Source: a virus (lineage: Duplodnaviria > Heunggongvirae > Uroviricota > Caudoviricetes). From it: a stretch of 64,000 nt of DNA. Where the stretch lies: IMG/VR virus record IMGVR_UViG_3300031994_000017, positions 58,023 to 122,022 of that record. One strand, written 5' to 3'. Every line of letters starts with the position of its first letter. Within the stretch, counting starts at the first letter, position 1. This document shows, in pieces, positions 53,715 to 62,435 of the stretch. The notes beneath the pieces were generated by a model. That model made no database searches, was not told the DNA's origin, and was given only the letters and a program-made list of their open reading frames with translations. The translations under genes and the position numbers were made by a program.

Positions 53715-53916
53715 CATATTAAGACAAATCATCAATTTTATCTTCAAATAAAGATTGAATAATAAAATAGGCATATTCAATCAAAGCTTTTCCGTCAATT
53801 TCAATCTCATCATCGTTTTTATGTGTAATTATAACATTACCAGAAAAATCTCCATTATGATGAAAACAATATCCATTTGAACTAGAAAAAGTATGCATAT
53901 AATATTTCTCCTTATA

Positions 53917-54294
53917 TTATCCAATAGCAAATGAACAAAGATGTTTTACACATTCAGGTTCATCAATTTCAAAATATCCATTCTTCTTTTGGTCGTATTT
54001 AAAAAATTGGCGGTTCATTGTATCATTAGAAATACCTTCATAGTATTCTTCCAAAACCGCGTAATTATAAATAGTCTCCCAAAGATCAGTACGATTTTCA
54101 TGAAGGGTATTAAGAGCGTCTTGTTTGTTAGAATAAAATCCCCAACAACGCTGATCGCCAAAATCAGTATAAAATTGTTCGCTAGGTCCAATTCTTTCCA
54201 TTACAGTAATAAACCAATAAGATTGTTTCATATATCCTCCATAAAATAAATTAAAACTAGACACTTTAAAAGAAAAATGTTGGATTTGAACCAA
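53917..54294 (-). CDS. Hypothetical protein
   Basis: 125-aa ORF. Confidence 0.35.
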   Translation of the reverse strand: MVQIQHFSFKVSSFNLFYGGYMKQSYWFITVMERIGPSEQFYTDFGDQRCWGFYSNKQDALNTLHENRTDLWETIYNYAVLEEYYEGISNDTMNRQFFKYDQKKNGYFEIDEPECVKHLCSFAIG

Positions 54295-54345
54295 CTACAT
54301 CCAGATTACAAAGTCAGGCGCTCTACCATATGAGCTAAATTCTCT
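54272..54345 (-). tRNA. tRNA with a TTTGTAA-containing anticodon loop (Thr-TGT-like; imperfect stem)
   Basis: D-arm TAGCTCATATGGTAGAGC; T-arm GTTGGTTCAAATCCAAC. Confidence 0.4.
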
Positions 54346-54366
54346 TTTTAAAGAAGTTTGCTGCAA

Positions 54367-54461
54367 GTGCCTAAAATGGTACTCCCCCTCGGATTCGAAC
54401 CGAGATCGTACGCTAATCTGGCGCCTTATGCCGGGCATAAACCGGTTGCACTACCGTTGTG
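54367..54461 (-). tRNA. Atypical 95-nt tRNA-like with candidate anticodon TAT (loop TTTATGC) and a very long variable region
   Basis: Acceptor GCTCCCC/GGGGAGT, discriminator A, CCA; T-arm CTCGGTTCGAATCCGAG. Confidence 0.35.
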
Positions 54462-54561
54462 CTAGGGGAGCATATAATAGCAGTTATAAAACAGAACCAA
54501 TGTATACATTAATTCCTAGAACTGACCTGCTACAGTTTATATATCTTAAATATATCATTAA

Positions 54562-54825
54562 TTATCCCGCATTATAAGAATATAAAATGATTTTTACTTG
54601 ATTAAAATCTGCTTTACCAATTTTAGTTACCTTTAGAGAATTAGGATCTTGTACCCAATCACTGATATAAGGATAATCAAAATTATAATATAAATTATCG
54701 TCAAATTTGCCATCATATGTTGGATTCATAACTCTGGCTTGATTTTCAGATTCTGCTACACAAACAAAACCAATATATTGATCATAACCAATTTTATCTG
54801 TTCTTTCAACCAAATAAATATTCAT
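54562..54825 (-). CDS. Hypothetical protein
   Basis: 87-aa ORF. Confidence 0.35.
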   Translation of the reverse strand: MNIYLVERTDKIGYDQYIGFVCVAESENQARVMNPTYDGKFDDNLYYNFDYPYISDWVQDPNSLKVTKIGKADFNQVKIILYSYNAG

Positions 54826-54853
54826 ATTTATTATCCTCTAATAAAAAAATATA

Positions 54854-54930
54854 TGGTCCGAGTGGAGGGACTTGAACCCCCGATCTCTTGCGCCCAAAGC
54901 AAGCGCGATACCAACCTTCGCTACACCCGG
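54854..54930 (-). tRNA. tRNA-Pro(TGG) with C1:G72
   Basis: Stem CTTGC/GCAAG with loop TTTGGGC. Confidence 0.6.
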
Positions 54931-54950
54931 ATATACATACAAGACATTTT

Positions 54951-55024
54951 TCATTGCAGAGGGACTCGAACCCCCAATAATCCATTAATCAGACGGATGA
55001 GTTAACCATTTTCTCTATACATTA
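54951..55024 (-). tRNA. tRNA-Ile(GAT)-like with a weak acceptor stem and no CCA (possibly a pseudogene)
   Basis: Stem TCCGT/ATGGA with loop CTGATTA. Confidence 0.3.
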
Positions 55025-55047
55025 AATTGCTGTAAATGTCTTTATTA

Positions 55048-55133
55048 TGGTACCAAGGGGCAGATTCGGACTGCCGTGACGGCATTATCAGTGCCGCATA
55101 CTAGACCGCTATATGACCTCGGTATATTTCTAG
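55048..55133 (-). tRNA. tRNA-Ile(GAT)
   Basis: Stem CGGCA/TGCCG with loop CTGATAA; acceptor ACCGAGG/CCTTGGT. Confidence 0.55.
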
Positions 55134-55184
55134 GCCCATCTTTTTAGAGTATTGATCTACCAGCTGATCTATTTTCAAAATTAA

Positions 55185-55254
55185 TGGCTTGAAAAGTTGG
55201 AATCGAACCAACGACATATACTTTGTTAAGTATGATTGCTGTATAGGCCTATTA
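55185..55254 (-). pseudogene. tRNA-like element with a good T-arm/acceptor 3' strand and CCA but a non-canonical 5' half
   Basis: GTTGGTTCGATTCCAACTTTTCAAGCCA; no matching 5' acceptor strand. Confidence 0.25.
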
Positions 55255-55329
55255 TGGCATCTCCCAAAGGACTCGAACCTTCATCAACGGCTTCGTAGGC
55301 CGCTACTCTCTCCATTGAGCTAAGGAGAT
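55255..55329 (-). tRNA. tRNA-Arg(ACG)
   Basis: Stem GCGGC/GCCGT with loop CTACGAA. Confidence 0.6.
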
Positions 55330-55332
55330 ATA

Positions 55333-55409
55333 TGGCACCCCGGCAGGGATTCGAACCCCGAACCCACAGATTAGAAATCTGTTGCGCTATTCAATTACGC
55401 CACCAGGGC
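55333..55409 (-). tRNA. tRNA-Arg(TCT)
   Basis: Stem ACAGA/TCTGT with loop TTTCTAA. Confidence 0.6.
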
Positions 55410-55412
55410 ATA

Positions 55413-55487
55413 TGGGGCGAAATACCGGATTTGAACCGATACAAACAGAACCACAATCTGTCGTGCTACCTTTACACCAATTACGCC
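55413..55487 (-). tRNA. tRNA-His(GTG) with an encoded G-1 and C73
   Basis: Loop TTGTGGT; 5' GGCGTAAT; 3' ATTTCGC-C-CCA. Confidence 0.55.
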
Positions 55488-55492
55488 AAATA

Positions 55493-55567
55493 TGGCAGGA
55501 CGACTAGGACTCAAACCTAGACCAACGCTTTTGGAGAGCGCTATGCTATCAATTACACCATCCCCCT
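55493..55567 (-). tRNA. tRNA-Trp(CCA)
   Basis: Stem GCGCT/AGCGT with loop CTCCAAA. Confidence 0.55.
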
Positions 55568-56169
55568 ATATTTTACTACTTGTAAGGTGAGTAAGCCTTC
55601 ATTTTAGCAAACGTAAGTAGTCACCGCTCGCAGATAGTTATTGGCCCTATCTCAGCCACCGGACGTCATTCTAACGTTGTTCCTCCGGTCAAACTCGGTA
55701 CTCTTTCTCGCAGTACGGACGGTTTCTTTTTAGGCTCCCCCAAGGCAAACAATTATTCCTTTGGCGGCCAAGGAGAATTACGATATCTCAACCCTACGCT
55801 TAACAGGCGTATGCTCTGCCTTTGAGCTACTCAGCCATAAACTATACGCTTTAATTTATAGAGGAAAGCGTTTGCAACTCCTACCTCTGTACGCCGAACA
55901 TCCTATTGGAACGCTTACACCCTGCGGGACTTCTATTGTTTATTTGCCGGCAGAATTTGAACCATTAACCGTGGCGTAAGGCTTTCCATAACGTCTCCTA
56001 TTGGAAAACTTTTTGAAATTATAGGAAAAAGTTAGAAGTACGACTTCTTTATGAGACTTTCAACTCCAGCATTGCTTTTACAGTAAAGCGACTGCCTACA
56101 ACTCGTTTCTTATCGTGTCCACGGCACGGCTCAGTTTCGTGTGACAGGTACGAGCAATTATACCTTTAA

Positions 56170-56235
56170 TGAACTTGACGGATTCGAACCGTCTAATTGC
56201 CTTACGAGGGTCAATTACAGATCCAGTGTAGTTCA
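56170..56235 (-). pseudogene. Degenerate tRNA-like element (T-arm GACGGTTCGAATCCGTC)
   Basis: 6-bp acceptor but no clear anticodon stem. Confidence 0.2.
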
Positions 56236-56449
56236 AATAATAGAATTTAGTAGTATATCTTGGCCTTCGGTATCCTACTTGCAGTTACTTGGCTCTATCA
56301 AACCAAGCCAGGTCGTTCACACTTTTGCGCAGGGGACAGCCTAGACCTCACCAGCCCCCATTCTGTTAGAAGCACTGCGCTACTTGCCAAAGTTGATTGG
56401 GATTGGCGCCCAATAGCCTGTTGATTATAGAGCTTAGCTCCCAGCTCTA

Positions 56450-56538
56450 TGGTCCCTCGTTGTGGAGTCGAACCACATGAGTCGTTAGACAACGGGTTTA
56501 CAGCCCGCACCGCTTCCACATACGGTATACCGAGGGAT
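56450..56538 (-). tRNA. tRNA-Tyr(GTA), class II, CCA
   Basis: Stem GCGGG/CCCGT with loop CTGTAAA; acceptor TCCCTCG/CGAGGGA. Confidence 0.55.
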
Positions 56539-56704
56539 ATTTTAATAAAAAGGTCCATCGCCGAAGTTTCATGCCCTTGTTTAGCGCTTTTAAGGGGTCA
56601 CCCAAGACCTAGCGATGCTTAACTGGGTACTGACCTTTTTATCTAAATGTAAGATAAAAGATTGAAGGTCATTGTAAAATGTCAAGTCCTCTTTTCTATC
56701 TTGA

Positions 56705-56765
56705 TTTCTTATCTCTTTATCTTACATATATATTATATCATATTTTTTTTAAAAAATCAATTTTC
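56705..56765 (-). promoter_or_regulatory. Conserved promoter motif (copy) driving the non-coding/tRNA block 56680 to 55570
   Basis: Same consensus. Confidence 0.5.
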
Positions 56766-56775
56766 AGATTTTTTA

Positions 56776-56852
56776 ATGGAGCGGATGACGAGACTCGGAC
56801 TCGCAACAGCCTGCTTGGAAGGCAGGAATTCTACCAATTGAACTACATCCGC
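56776..56852 (-). tRNA. tRNA-Gly(TCC)
   Basis: Stem CCTGC/GCAGG with loop CTTCCAA; acceptor GCGGATG/CATCCGC. Confidence 0.6.
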
Positions 56853-56857
56853 ATTTA

Positions 56858-56948
56858 TGGCAGAAAGGGCGGGATTCGAACCCGCGGAAGAGATTTTCCC
56901 TTCACCTGCTTAGCAGGCAGGCACCTTAAACCCCTCGGTCACCTTTCT
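56858..56948 (-). tRNA. tRNA-Ser(GCT), class II
   Basis: Stem CCTGC/GCAGG with loop CTGCTAA; long variable arm. Confidence 0.55.
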
Positions 56949-56977
56949 ATATAAAAGGGATTTTGAAATCCCCAAAA

Positions 56978-57265
56978 TTAGAACCAGTCAAAAAAAGAAA
57001 AGAAGGGACTAGTCTTTGTAAAAGTAGCATGAAAGCTACCATAATCTTTAAGAAACTCATTTAGAACTTTATTATAATTCTGACGAGCCTCTGCCATAGC
57101 CTCATATGCCTTTTCAACCTCTTTTGCGCGCGCGGCACGCTGTTCTGCGAGAGCCTTCTTTTTTTCTTCTGCCTCTGCTCTAGCCTTTTCCTGCGCTTCC
57201 TCTGCTTCTGCGCAGGCCTTTTCAGTGTCATAAAACTTATTCAGTTTTTCACTAAAATACTTCAT
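56978..57265 (-). CDS. Ala/Glu/Lys-rich coiled-coil protein
   Basis: 95-aa ORF. Confidence 0.4.
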   Translation of the reverse strand: MKYFSEKLNKFYDTEKACAEAEEAQEKARAEAEEKKKALAEQRAARAKEVEKAYEAMAEARQNYNKVLNEFLKDYGSFHATFTKTSPFFSFFDWF

Positions 57266-57724
57266 TTGAAATTCCTACCTTTCAAATTAAATTTTGCGTC
57301 CTCGCCTTCTTCCTCGGGACTTGGAACCCGCATACGGTGGTTTACGCAAAATATATAAAAACTAGAGGCAAGAAAAACACATTGTAAAAATACAACTGGG
57401 TGTAAAAGAAACCTCTAGAGTAAATTCTTTTGTTCCCATACACTTTAAAATATATGAGAAAAGATGCCACCCTTCTAGCCAAGACAGCGACTCCCTAAAT
57501 CTTGGTTCTCTGTTTAGAAGGTCTTAAACTTACAAAATTGACGCGTCTTTGTAAGAAGCTGTAAGGAAGCTCAAACCGCATTGCTCATTCACCCGTCAGA
57601 ACTATGCTCCTAGGAGGTACTAATCGGCGTTTTCTTTTATTAGTGAAGAAACCCGTTTTCTCATAACCAAAAAAGAAAAACTTGCGGCAAAAGAGCTGAT
57701 ATCCGCGATACGAATTGCCGCAAT

Positions 57725-57799
57725 TGGTGCCGGATGCGAGAATCGAACTCGCGTAGTTTTGCTTATGAGACAAAACAGGAAACCAACATCCTATCCGGT
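57725..57799 (-). tRNA. tRNA-Met/Ile2(CAT) with an A1-C72 mismatch
   Basis: Stem TTTGT/GCAAA with loop CTCATAA; T-arm GCGAGTTCGATTCTCGC. Confidence 0.5.
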
Positions 57800-57879
57800 A
57801 TATAGTGGTAGTTTTACGAGCTTGACCACACGCCTCGTCATTTAATAAAACATAAATGAAATTAAAAATAATAAATTCT

Positions 57880-57940
57880 TATCTTTATCTTACATATATA
57901 TTATATCAAAAATTTTTGAAAAAATCAAATTTAAAATCAG
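57880..57940 (-). promoter_or_regulatory. Conserved promoter motif (copy)
   Basis: Same consensus. Confidence 0.5.
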
Positions 57941-57943
57941 GAA

Positions 57944-58249
57944 TTAAAATACTTCGGGATTACGATTAAAGAAATCTAGAAGATAACCTTCATCTTCCTT
58001 GTGTTCGCAAAACAGCTCCAAATTATCGCCATCTTTAGCGAGAAGTGCGCCAATAGCTACATATTTGCTCAATTCTGATTTTAGATTATACCTATCACCA
58101 AAAGGAGAAATCAAATAAACATCTCCCTCACAACGATCTATCGCTGCTAAAAAGTCATGTAAAACTACATCATTTTTAATCTTCATTTTCTTTTTCCTCA
58201 ACTCTTTATTTTCTATATATATTATACTAAATTTTTTAAATAAAATCAA
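57944..58249 (-). CDS. Hypothetical protein
   Basis: 101-aa ORF. Confidence 0.35.
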   Translation of the reverse strand: MILFKKFSIIYIENKELRKKKMKIKNDVVLHDFLAAIDRCEGDVYLISPFGDRYNLKSELSKYVAIGALLAKDGDNLELFCEHKEDEGYLLDFFNRNPEVF

Positions 58250-58260
58250 ATCAAATTTCT
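58200..58260 (-). promoter_or_regulatory. Conserved promoter motif (copy)
   Basis: Same consensus. Confidence 0.5.
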
Positions 58261-58307
58261 TATTTAATGTAAAAAATTAAAAGGAACTTTTATCCTAAGC
58301 GGTCCAC

Positions 58308-58658
58308 TTAAAGATCAAAAAATTTTTTCAATCTTTCAATATTATCTTTTTCTTCTTGCGTAATAGCAGTTTGAGAAACAATAGTGGTTTCAACCTTATC
58401 CCAAGGATTAACCGTAGTAGCTTCTTTAGCTACTACAGTAGTCGGCATAGATTCTCCTACAGGATTCTTGGGACAAGTGAGAGCAATACTAATTTGAACT
58501 TGCTCTCCTCCATCATTTGCCCAAACGTAATACTTTTTATCAAATTCGCCAATATATGAAGCACCAAAAGCTTGCTTTAAGATATTTGCTACTTCTACTT
58601 TAGCATTTGCGCCACGAGCCATTTTTATTCTCCTTTCTCCTGGATTTCGTTTATACAA
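58308..58658 (-). CDS. Hypothetical protein
   Basis: 116-aa ORF. Confidence 0.35.
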   Translation of the reverse strand: MYKRNPGERRIKMARGANAKVEVANILKQAFGASYIGEFDKKYYVWANDGGEQVQISIALTCPKNPVGESMPTTVVAKEATTVNPWDKVETTIVSQTAITQEEKDNIERLKKFFDL

Positions 58659-60106
58659 TCATAGCAATAGAAATTTTTATTTAAATAAGTCATTTTAGAT
58701 GTTAAGTAAATTTTTCCGCATCTATTACAAACAGTAGTAAAATCACTAACGCATTCTGAGCACAAAGGCTCACCGTATCCATCTTCGGCATACCATTCAT
58801 TATCTTCAATTCGGCGATCACACACAGAACAGAAAATATCTGTTAAACTAGTATTCGCAATTTTATTAATACATTCCGCGCAAATAAGTTCTCCCGGATT
58901 CTTTAAGATATTTTTTCCGCAACAAGGACATCTTACTTGGCCCCCAATAAAGAATTTCGCTCTTTCTCTATCACTAGGATGTATAGGTCTTTTTATCATA
59001 TAATAAGGATCAGTATAAAAATGAGAATTCAAAAGATCATTATAAAATAACGAATTTTTAGGCTCAACAATTAATTTATCCAAAGTCATCAAAGGCTCTG
59101 AGCCACCTACATAATAATATTTTTTGTTTAACAAAATATCTGTTTCTTTTGAAAATGAACTAGCAGTAGGATCTTTTATGCTTGACAAATTTTTATTTGT
59201 CCATTCGCTCCAGTGGAAAAGCCATTCTGGATATTTTAAAATATCAGATGACAAGTTATCATGAATAACAGATAAACTAGTGGTAATGTCAAAAGGATAT
59301 TGGCGTCCGGCAAAAATCATATCTTGTGTTTCATTAAAAAATAGCAACATGCGCCATTTTTTATTATTCCAAGGAATACCATTAAAACGTGGAATATAGG
59401 TTTCTTTGCCGCTTTTTAAATAACAAATTACTGTGCTATGGTCTATCATATATTGTAGATTACCCGCACAATAATCACCATCAAGAGCATGACAAGAGCG
59501 CCAATTTAAGGTATTTTCACTAAGAGAAAGATAATCCAGGGGATGGACAGAGAAACACAAGTATCCTTCAATTTTTTCTTTCTGAATAAACTCACTAGCT
59601 CTATCTTGAATTTTTCGTAAAAGTTGTTTATCTTGGATAAAACGCTTAAAACTTTTTACCAACTTACTATGAGAAGGAATTACTTCTTCAGCCACTTTAT
59701 TTTCATCTCTATTGGCCCATTTAACAACCTTAATATCTTTAGAGGTTTTATTATCAAAAAAATCATTTACGCCAGCTGATGAAATAAAATCATATAAGGC
59801 GCCTAAATCTGCGTCTTTCATATTAGACCATGTATAATTCTCATCAAGCCAATCCAAAAAATTTTGATACATTGTCTCTTTGTCTTTCTCTTGGAGATAA
59901 AAGGTTAAAAGTATTCCTGTTTCATAAATTAAATTACCATGAAACATTTCAATAAAATCTTCTTTATTCTTTTCCCATGTATCAATTAATTCTGAAACGT
60001 GTTCACAAGAAGTTTTTGTATTATAATCCAAAATATGTTTTACCTGTTGAGTTAATTCTGTTTTGTTCCAAATAGTCATTTTTACATTCTCCACATAAAA
60101 TATCAT
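58625..60106 (-). CDS. Large protein with an N-terminal 'HPLD...NW-SC...NKKWR' domain and a C-terminal cluster of CxxC zinc ribbons; paralog of 62431..63954
   Basis: CFSVHPLDYLSLSENTLNWRSC / NNKKWRMLLFF; C-terminus CPCCGKN...CAEC...CSVCD...CSEC...CNRCG...CYDC. Confidence 0.45.
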   Translation of the reverse strand: MIFYVENVKMTIWNKTELTQQVKHILDYNTKTSCEHVSELIDTWEKNKEDFIEMFHGNLIYETGILLTFYLQEKDKETMYQNFLDWLDENYTWSNMKDADLGALYDFISSAGVNDFFDNKTSKDIKVVKWANRDENKVAEEVIPSHSKLVKSFKRFIQDKQLLRKIQDRASEFIQKEKIEGYLCFSVHPLDYLSLSENTLNWRSCHALDGDYCAGNLQYMIDHSTVICYLKSGKETYIPRFNGIPWNNKKWRMLLFFNETQDMIFAGRQYPFDITTSLSVIHDNLSSDILKYPEWLFHWSEWTNKNLSSIKDPTASSFSKETDILLNKKYYYVGGSEPLMTLDKLIVEPKNSLFYNDLLNSHFYTDPYYMIKRPIHPSDRERAKFFIGGQVRCPCCGKNILKNPGELICAECINKIANTSLTDIFCSVCDRRIEDNEWYAEDGYGEPLCSECVSDFTTVCNRCGKIYLTSKMTYLNKNFYCYDCINEIQEKGE

Positions 60107-60953
60107 TTAATTGTTCAGGGAAAAAGGCTTTTCCGCATCTTGGGCACCATCTAGCTATTTTTAAACAATCCCAACATAAATTTACTTTCGCACCTTTATA
60201 ATAAACGGGTTCTAAAAAAGGAGTATAATGAGCGCAACAATCACACAATAACATTTCAGTCTCTATATAATCAAAACGAGAAATATTACAATTATCTTCT
60301 AATAAATTTTTGACTTTTGTTATTGTGCTATTTAAAAAATCTAATAATAAAATTTCCTGTGTAGTATGTTCATTAAAATAGCCAATAGATAAGTTAACGC
60401 CCGCTATTTTCCACTTGGGGCAAATGATACTTATATCAGTAAAAGTGCCCCAATTAGTTAAAAAATCAAAATTTTCTATGTATTTTGTAAAATCTTTGTT
60501 ATCACAATCATAGAATATACAATCTTTTTCACCTTGGCGGTCAAGTTCAATAATATATTTTAAATTTTCCATTGGCGAAGAATATTTCTTAATAAAAGCT
60601 CTTGCCCCTTGGCCGCCAATCTCTTCACCGCATGTAAAAAGAATATGCGGTTTATAATTATCTGAAATAATTTTTAAGATAGCATAAACTCCAGCTCTAT
60701 CATCCCCAATTCCACCTTCTGTGCTAAAAATAATTTTTGCTTCTTTATTATAAAAGATTCGAGAAGGTGGTGCAGAAAATACCGTATCTAAATGAGCGAT
60801 CAATAGAATAGGAATATTACCTTTAGCATATAAAAATAATTCATTATTATCTATTTTAACATATTTGTTTTTTATATACTCATATAAATATTCTTTTAAT
60901 TCTTTTTCAGTTTTTTGGACTATTTGTTTATAAAGACTAAAATCAAAGTCCAT
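60021..60953 (-). CDS. M42/M20-like metallopeptidase fold with a C-terminal Cys cluster
   Basis: AHLDTV, GGIGDDRAGV and GEEIGGQGA motifs. Confidence 0.4.
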   Translation of the reverse strand: MDFDFSLYKQIVQKTEKELKEYLYEYIKNKYVKIDNNELFLYAKGNIPILLIAHLDTVFSAPPSRIFYNKEAKIIFSTEGGIGDDRAGVYAILKIISDNYKPHILFTCGEEIGGQGARAFIKKYSSPMENLKYIIELDRQGEKDCIFYDCDNKDFTKYIENFDFLTNWGTFTDISIICPKWKIAGVNLSIGYFNEHTTQEILLLDFLNSTITKVKNLLEDNCNISRFDYIETEMLLCDCCAHYTPFLEPVYYKGAKVNLCWDCLKIARWCPRCGKAFFPEQLNDILCGECKNDYLEQNRINSTGKTYFGL

Positions 60954-60964
60954 TATTCTTTCTC

Positions 60965-61020
60965 ACTTTCTTTTATATAAATATTATACCATATTTTTTA
61001 TATAAAATCAACTTTTTATT
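60965..61020 (-). promoter_or_regulatory. Conserved promoter motif (copy)
   Basis: Same consensus. Confidence 0.45.
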
Positions 61021-61800
61021 TATTTTTATATTTATTTTCTAAAGTATTAGCAAATGACATCGCTTGCGGACAATAGTGGCATTTATCTAATTGACAAATT
61101 TGTTTACAATTAAGTCTATGTTCTCCAATATCTTCCTCTAATAAAGAATTATAACAATTATTGCCTAAATCTTTTACTATGTTATTTAAACGCCCCGGCC
61201 ATTCTTTTTTATCTTTATAAATATGTAATAGTGTGCGCTCAAAGATTAAAGGATTTTCTACTGAAACATCTTGAGTGCGGAACTCGCATATAGTGGCGCC
61301 ATATGGCTCATAAAGATAGAGGTCTTCTGGCCGCACCCATTGGCCGTAAACACCACCGTTCTTTCTAGGAATATATTCTTCAAAAGCTTTATTTGGAGTA
61401 ATCCGAATTGGAATACCAAAAGTAGCTACATCAGACATTTGGAAGAAAATTGGCATTCCTAGCCGCACATATGAAACATCCAATTCTTTTAAACATTTTA
61501 ATTCAAAGAAACTATTTGCGGGAAAGGCATAAAAAAATGGCAAATCATATTGTTTACATTTTTGATATAAATAAATATCGTATAAGCAACAATATACTGT
61601 TCCTTCTATCTTTTGATTACAAGCTTTTAACATTTGCCAAGTGGTTTCAGAAATTTCATTTTCTATATCAACTACATAGTCTTTATCTGGAAATTTCTCT
61701 ACCAAATCTAAAAGCATATCAATATCTTTTTGGCGCAAATAAATTTCATCTGCTTGCGCGAGCGTAGAACTGTCCTAGCCGCAAAATACACTAAATCGCA
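61016..61800 (-). CDS. Cys-rich hypothetical protein (1 TAG near the N-terminus)
   Basis: MRFSVFCG[TAG]DSSTLAQADEIYLRQKDIDML... with a GGAGG SD. Confidence 0.4.
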
Positions 61801-61854
61801 TTTTATCATCCTCCTTTATAAAAATTATAACATATTTTTTTAGAAAAATCAAAA

Positions 61855-61885
61855 AACCTCCCCATGAAAGGGGAGGTTTTATTCC
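61855..61885. terminator. Intrinsic terminator, hairpin AAACCTCCCC-ATGAAA-GGGGAGGTTTT
   Basis: Perfect 9-bp GC-rich stem followed by a T-run. Confidence 0.6.
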
Positions 61886-61898
61886 AAATAAGTTTAGA

Positions 61899-62333
61899 TT
61901 ACTCCTCAGTGACCAAAGAATAGACAGTTACCTTGTGCTTAGCGCCAGTTTCGCCAACAGTGGTGGTCTCCTTGGCGGCAACACCATCCGCAATCAGCGC
62001 AGACAGACGACTAGTCAGCTTATTAGGAGTAAGCTCATTCTGCGCGAAATCATTATCTGCATGAGCTTCCTGGATTGCAGTCAGCAGCTCATCACGGGTC
62101 TGAGGAGTCGCAGTGAGCGCATCTCGCACCCATTCTTTAATTTCGTCAGTAGCAGCACGCTTTTCCGCAGCACGCTCCTTAGCCTTGGCAGCCTTATTTT
62201 CCAGCTGCTGGATTTCACCTTCACAAAATTCGGTCAGATCATCAAAATCGAAACCTTCAACATCGTTATCAATTGCGTTAACAATCAGCTTCAGCAGAGA
62301 CTCAAAACGAGACTTCTTAGTAGGGTTCTTCAT
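61899..62333 (-). CDS. Hypothetical acidic protein (GC-elevated)
   Basis: 144-aa ORF. Confidence 0.4.
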   Translation of the reverse strand: MKNPTKKSRFESLLKLIVNAIDNDVEGFDFDDLTEFCEGEIQQLENKAAKAKERAAEKRAATDEIKEWVRDALTATPQTRDELLTAIQEAHADNDFAQNELTPNKLTSRLSALIADGVAAKETTTVGETGAKHKVTVYSLVTEE

Positions 62334-62374
62334 GGGTTTTTCTCCTTTTTTAATTAATTATTTTTTATTATGTT

Positions 62375-62435
62375 TTCTTTCTTTATCTTACATATATATT
62401 TTATCAAAAATTTTTTTAAAAATCAAATCTTTATT
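62375..62435 (-). promoter_or_regulatory. Conserved promoter motif (copy)
   Basis: Same consensus. Confidence 0.5.

Noticed and set aside
55570-56450. Group I intron or tmRNA within the GC-rich non-coding block.
   Set aside because: Conserved group I core (P/Q/R/S, P7) or a tmRNA tag reading frame/3' terminus were not recognised by eye. Left as an unexplained structured region.
45615-57773. Short ORFs across the tRNA cluster (45615..45809, 49545..49736, 49941..50177, 50729..50926, 51229..51435, 52883..53125, 55332..55520, 55761..55979, 56141..56558, 56679..56954, 57585..57773).
   Set aside because: They overlap tRNA genes or GC-rich non-coding RNA regions. They have no RBS and are very short.
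2186-62435. The repeated roughly 50-nt motif could be a CRISPR array or dispersed repeat element.
   Set aside because: Copies are kilobases apart, each immediately 5' of a gene or tRNA block in one orientation, and match -35/-10 spacing. They are promoters, not CRISPR repeats.
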